Of a DNA stretch of 64,000 nt, positions 62,909-64,000 are shown piece after piece. A program made the position numbers and the translations under genes. Under the pieces are notes generated by a model. The model worked only from the letters and a program-made list of their open reading frames with translations. It was not told the DNA's origin and did no database searches. Source of the stretch: Podarcis liolepis (taxonomy: Eukaryota); the NCBI GenBank assembly GCA_965112155.1, contig OZ218101.1. One strand, 5' to 3'. The first letter of the stretch is position 1. Each line of letters starts with the position of its first letter.

Positions 62909-63063
62909 TGGTGACTGCACCTTCTCCAGCACTAACATGTAACTATATTGGTGTAAACCTTTCAAGCAGTAGTGCTGTGCTCTGCTGGTCCAAGTGATTT
63001 AGTCTCAATCTCTATTCCTGCATAAGTCATAACTAGACAAAAAGATCATACTGTTGTTAAAAA

Positions 63064-63198
63064 CAGTGTTATTTTTCTAGAAAAAGAGGTGCTGGAACTC
63101 ATCATGAATACCTCCCTCATTCTCTTAGAATTGCAATGGAACCTACCTGGTTGGTGCTGGAACTGAGTTCCAGTGAGTTATGGCTGAAAAAAATCCCG
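63064..63198. mobile_element. hAT-type MITE
   Basis: CAGTGTTATTTTTCTAG ... CTGAAAAAAATCCCG imperfect TIR with internal GGTGCTGGAACT repeats. Confidence 0.55.
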
Positions 63199-64000
63199 GT
63201 TTAGAATGATTTTTTAAAGAACATTAATCTATAGGTGCCACCCCCCACCCTCCATCCTCCCAAATAATGCTTGGAAAGCAGAGTAATCATGGTACAAGCT
63301 ATTCTGTGTTGTTCTGCCTTCTGCATAAAGCAAACACAGCTGCACAAAAATATCCTCAGGGTTTCTCAGGCAAAAATTAGCTTGCTTAAAGAAGGTGAAC
63401 TTCAATAATGGAGCTTTTAGAATGTAGGCCAAACAGCAGTAAATGTTCAAGTCATGCATAAAACCAAGAGAGGGCATCAAAGCAGATGTAATTAAAGTTC
63501 AAGGTTCTGTGCGTAGGCATACGGTATTAAGGCTGCTGGCAAGCAGAGAGCTGTTATGTAGTGAGGCCATTTTCTCCAGTAAGAAGGCATTTTGCTGTTA
63601 TAAACAACAAATTTCCTTCAAAACACCTGGTGACCATAATATAAAAGAACCATCCCTGTACAACTTAGGATGGCATTGATACCTCAGCTGGAAGCTGCAC
63701 TATATGCTTAGTCTGCAGACTTTGGGGGACTGCATCAATAAGAACCCACTTGTCAGGCAGTCCCTTGCTTCTATAGCTTGGCTCTTCTGGTTCCTTCTGG
63801 ATGGTGTCTTTAACAATATCCACTAAATTCTTGTCCTGGTCACCAGCTCCACTGTATAGCATATTACTTTCTTGTTCAATTCTCTTCCTTCCCATCAGAA
63901 TTCCTTCCTAGCATATAAACTTGGGTGCAAGATCCCTCATTCTACTAAATCTGCAGGCTAATGCAAGTCACACAAAGGATTGCAGCTCTTCCCATTCGTA

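Noticed and set aside
63229-63895. 76-83 aa ORFs at the window end, possibly a neighbouring gene such as DDX3X
   Set aside because: No similarity I can recognise, no clear splice sites, and stops in the flanking frames

Overview
Vertebrate genomic DNA, most likely a lacertid lizard (inferred from Sauria/Squam-type SINEs). Bases 624-32157 (+) hold the last 32 coding exons of the deubiquitinase USP9X; they splice into one open frame of about 1964 codons, including the USP Cys and His boxes. A long 3' UTR follows, interrupted by a 188-nt N gap. A complete intron-containing RPL8 gene (257 aa, 5' TOP exon, one GC-AG intron, CpG-island promoter) lies tail-to-tail on the minus strand at about 43870-49546. 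The rest is intronic or intergenic DNA with SINEs, L2/CR1/RTE fragments, Penelope-like hairpins, Tc1-mariner/pogo and hAT MITEs and a 753-bp solo LTR. Best novel candidates: (1) two microexon-like units in the last USP9X intron, one creating a stop codon across the final splice junction and one adding 2 aa in frame; (2) a solo LTR that is almost entirely one open reading frame; (3) RPL8 next to USP9X, unlike in human; (4) a possible divergent TOP-type transcript from the RPL8 promoter. Exon numbers are counted back from the 45-exon human gene and repeat family names are from memory; no database search was run.
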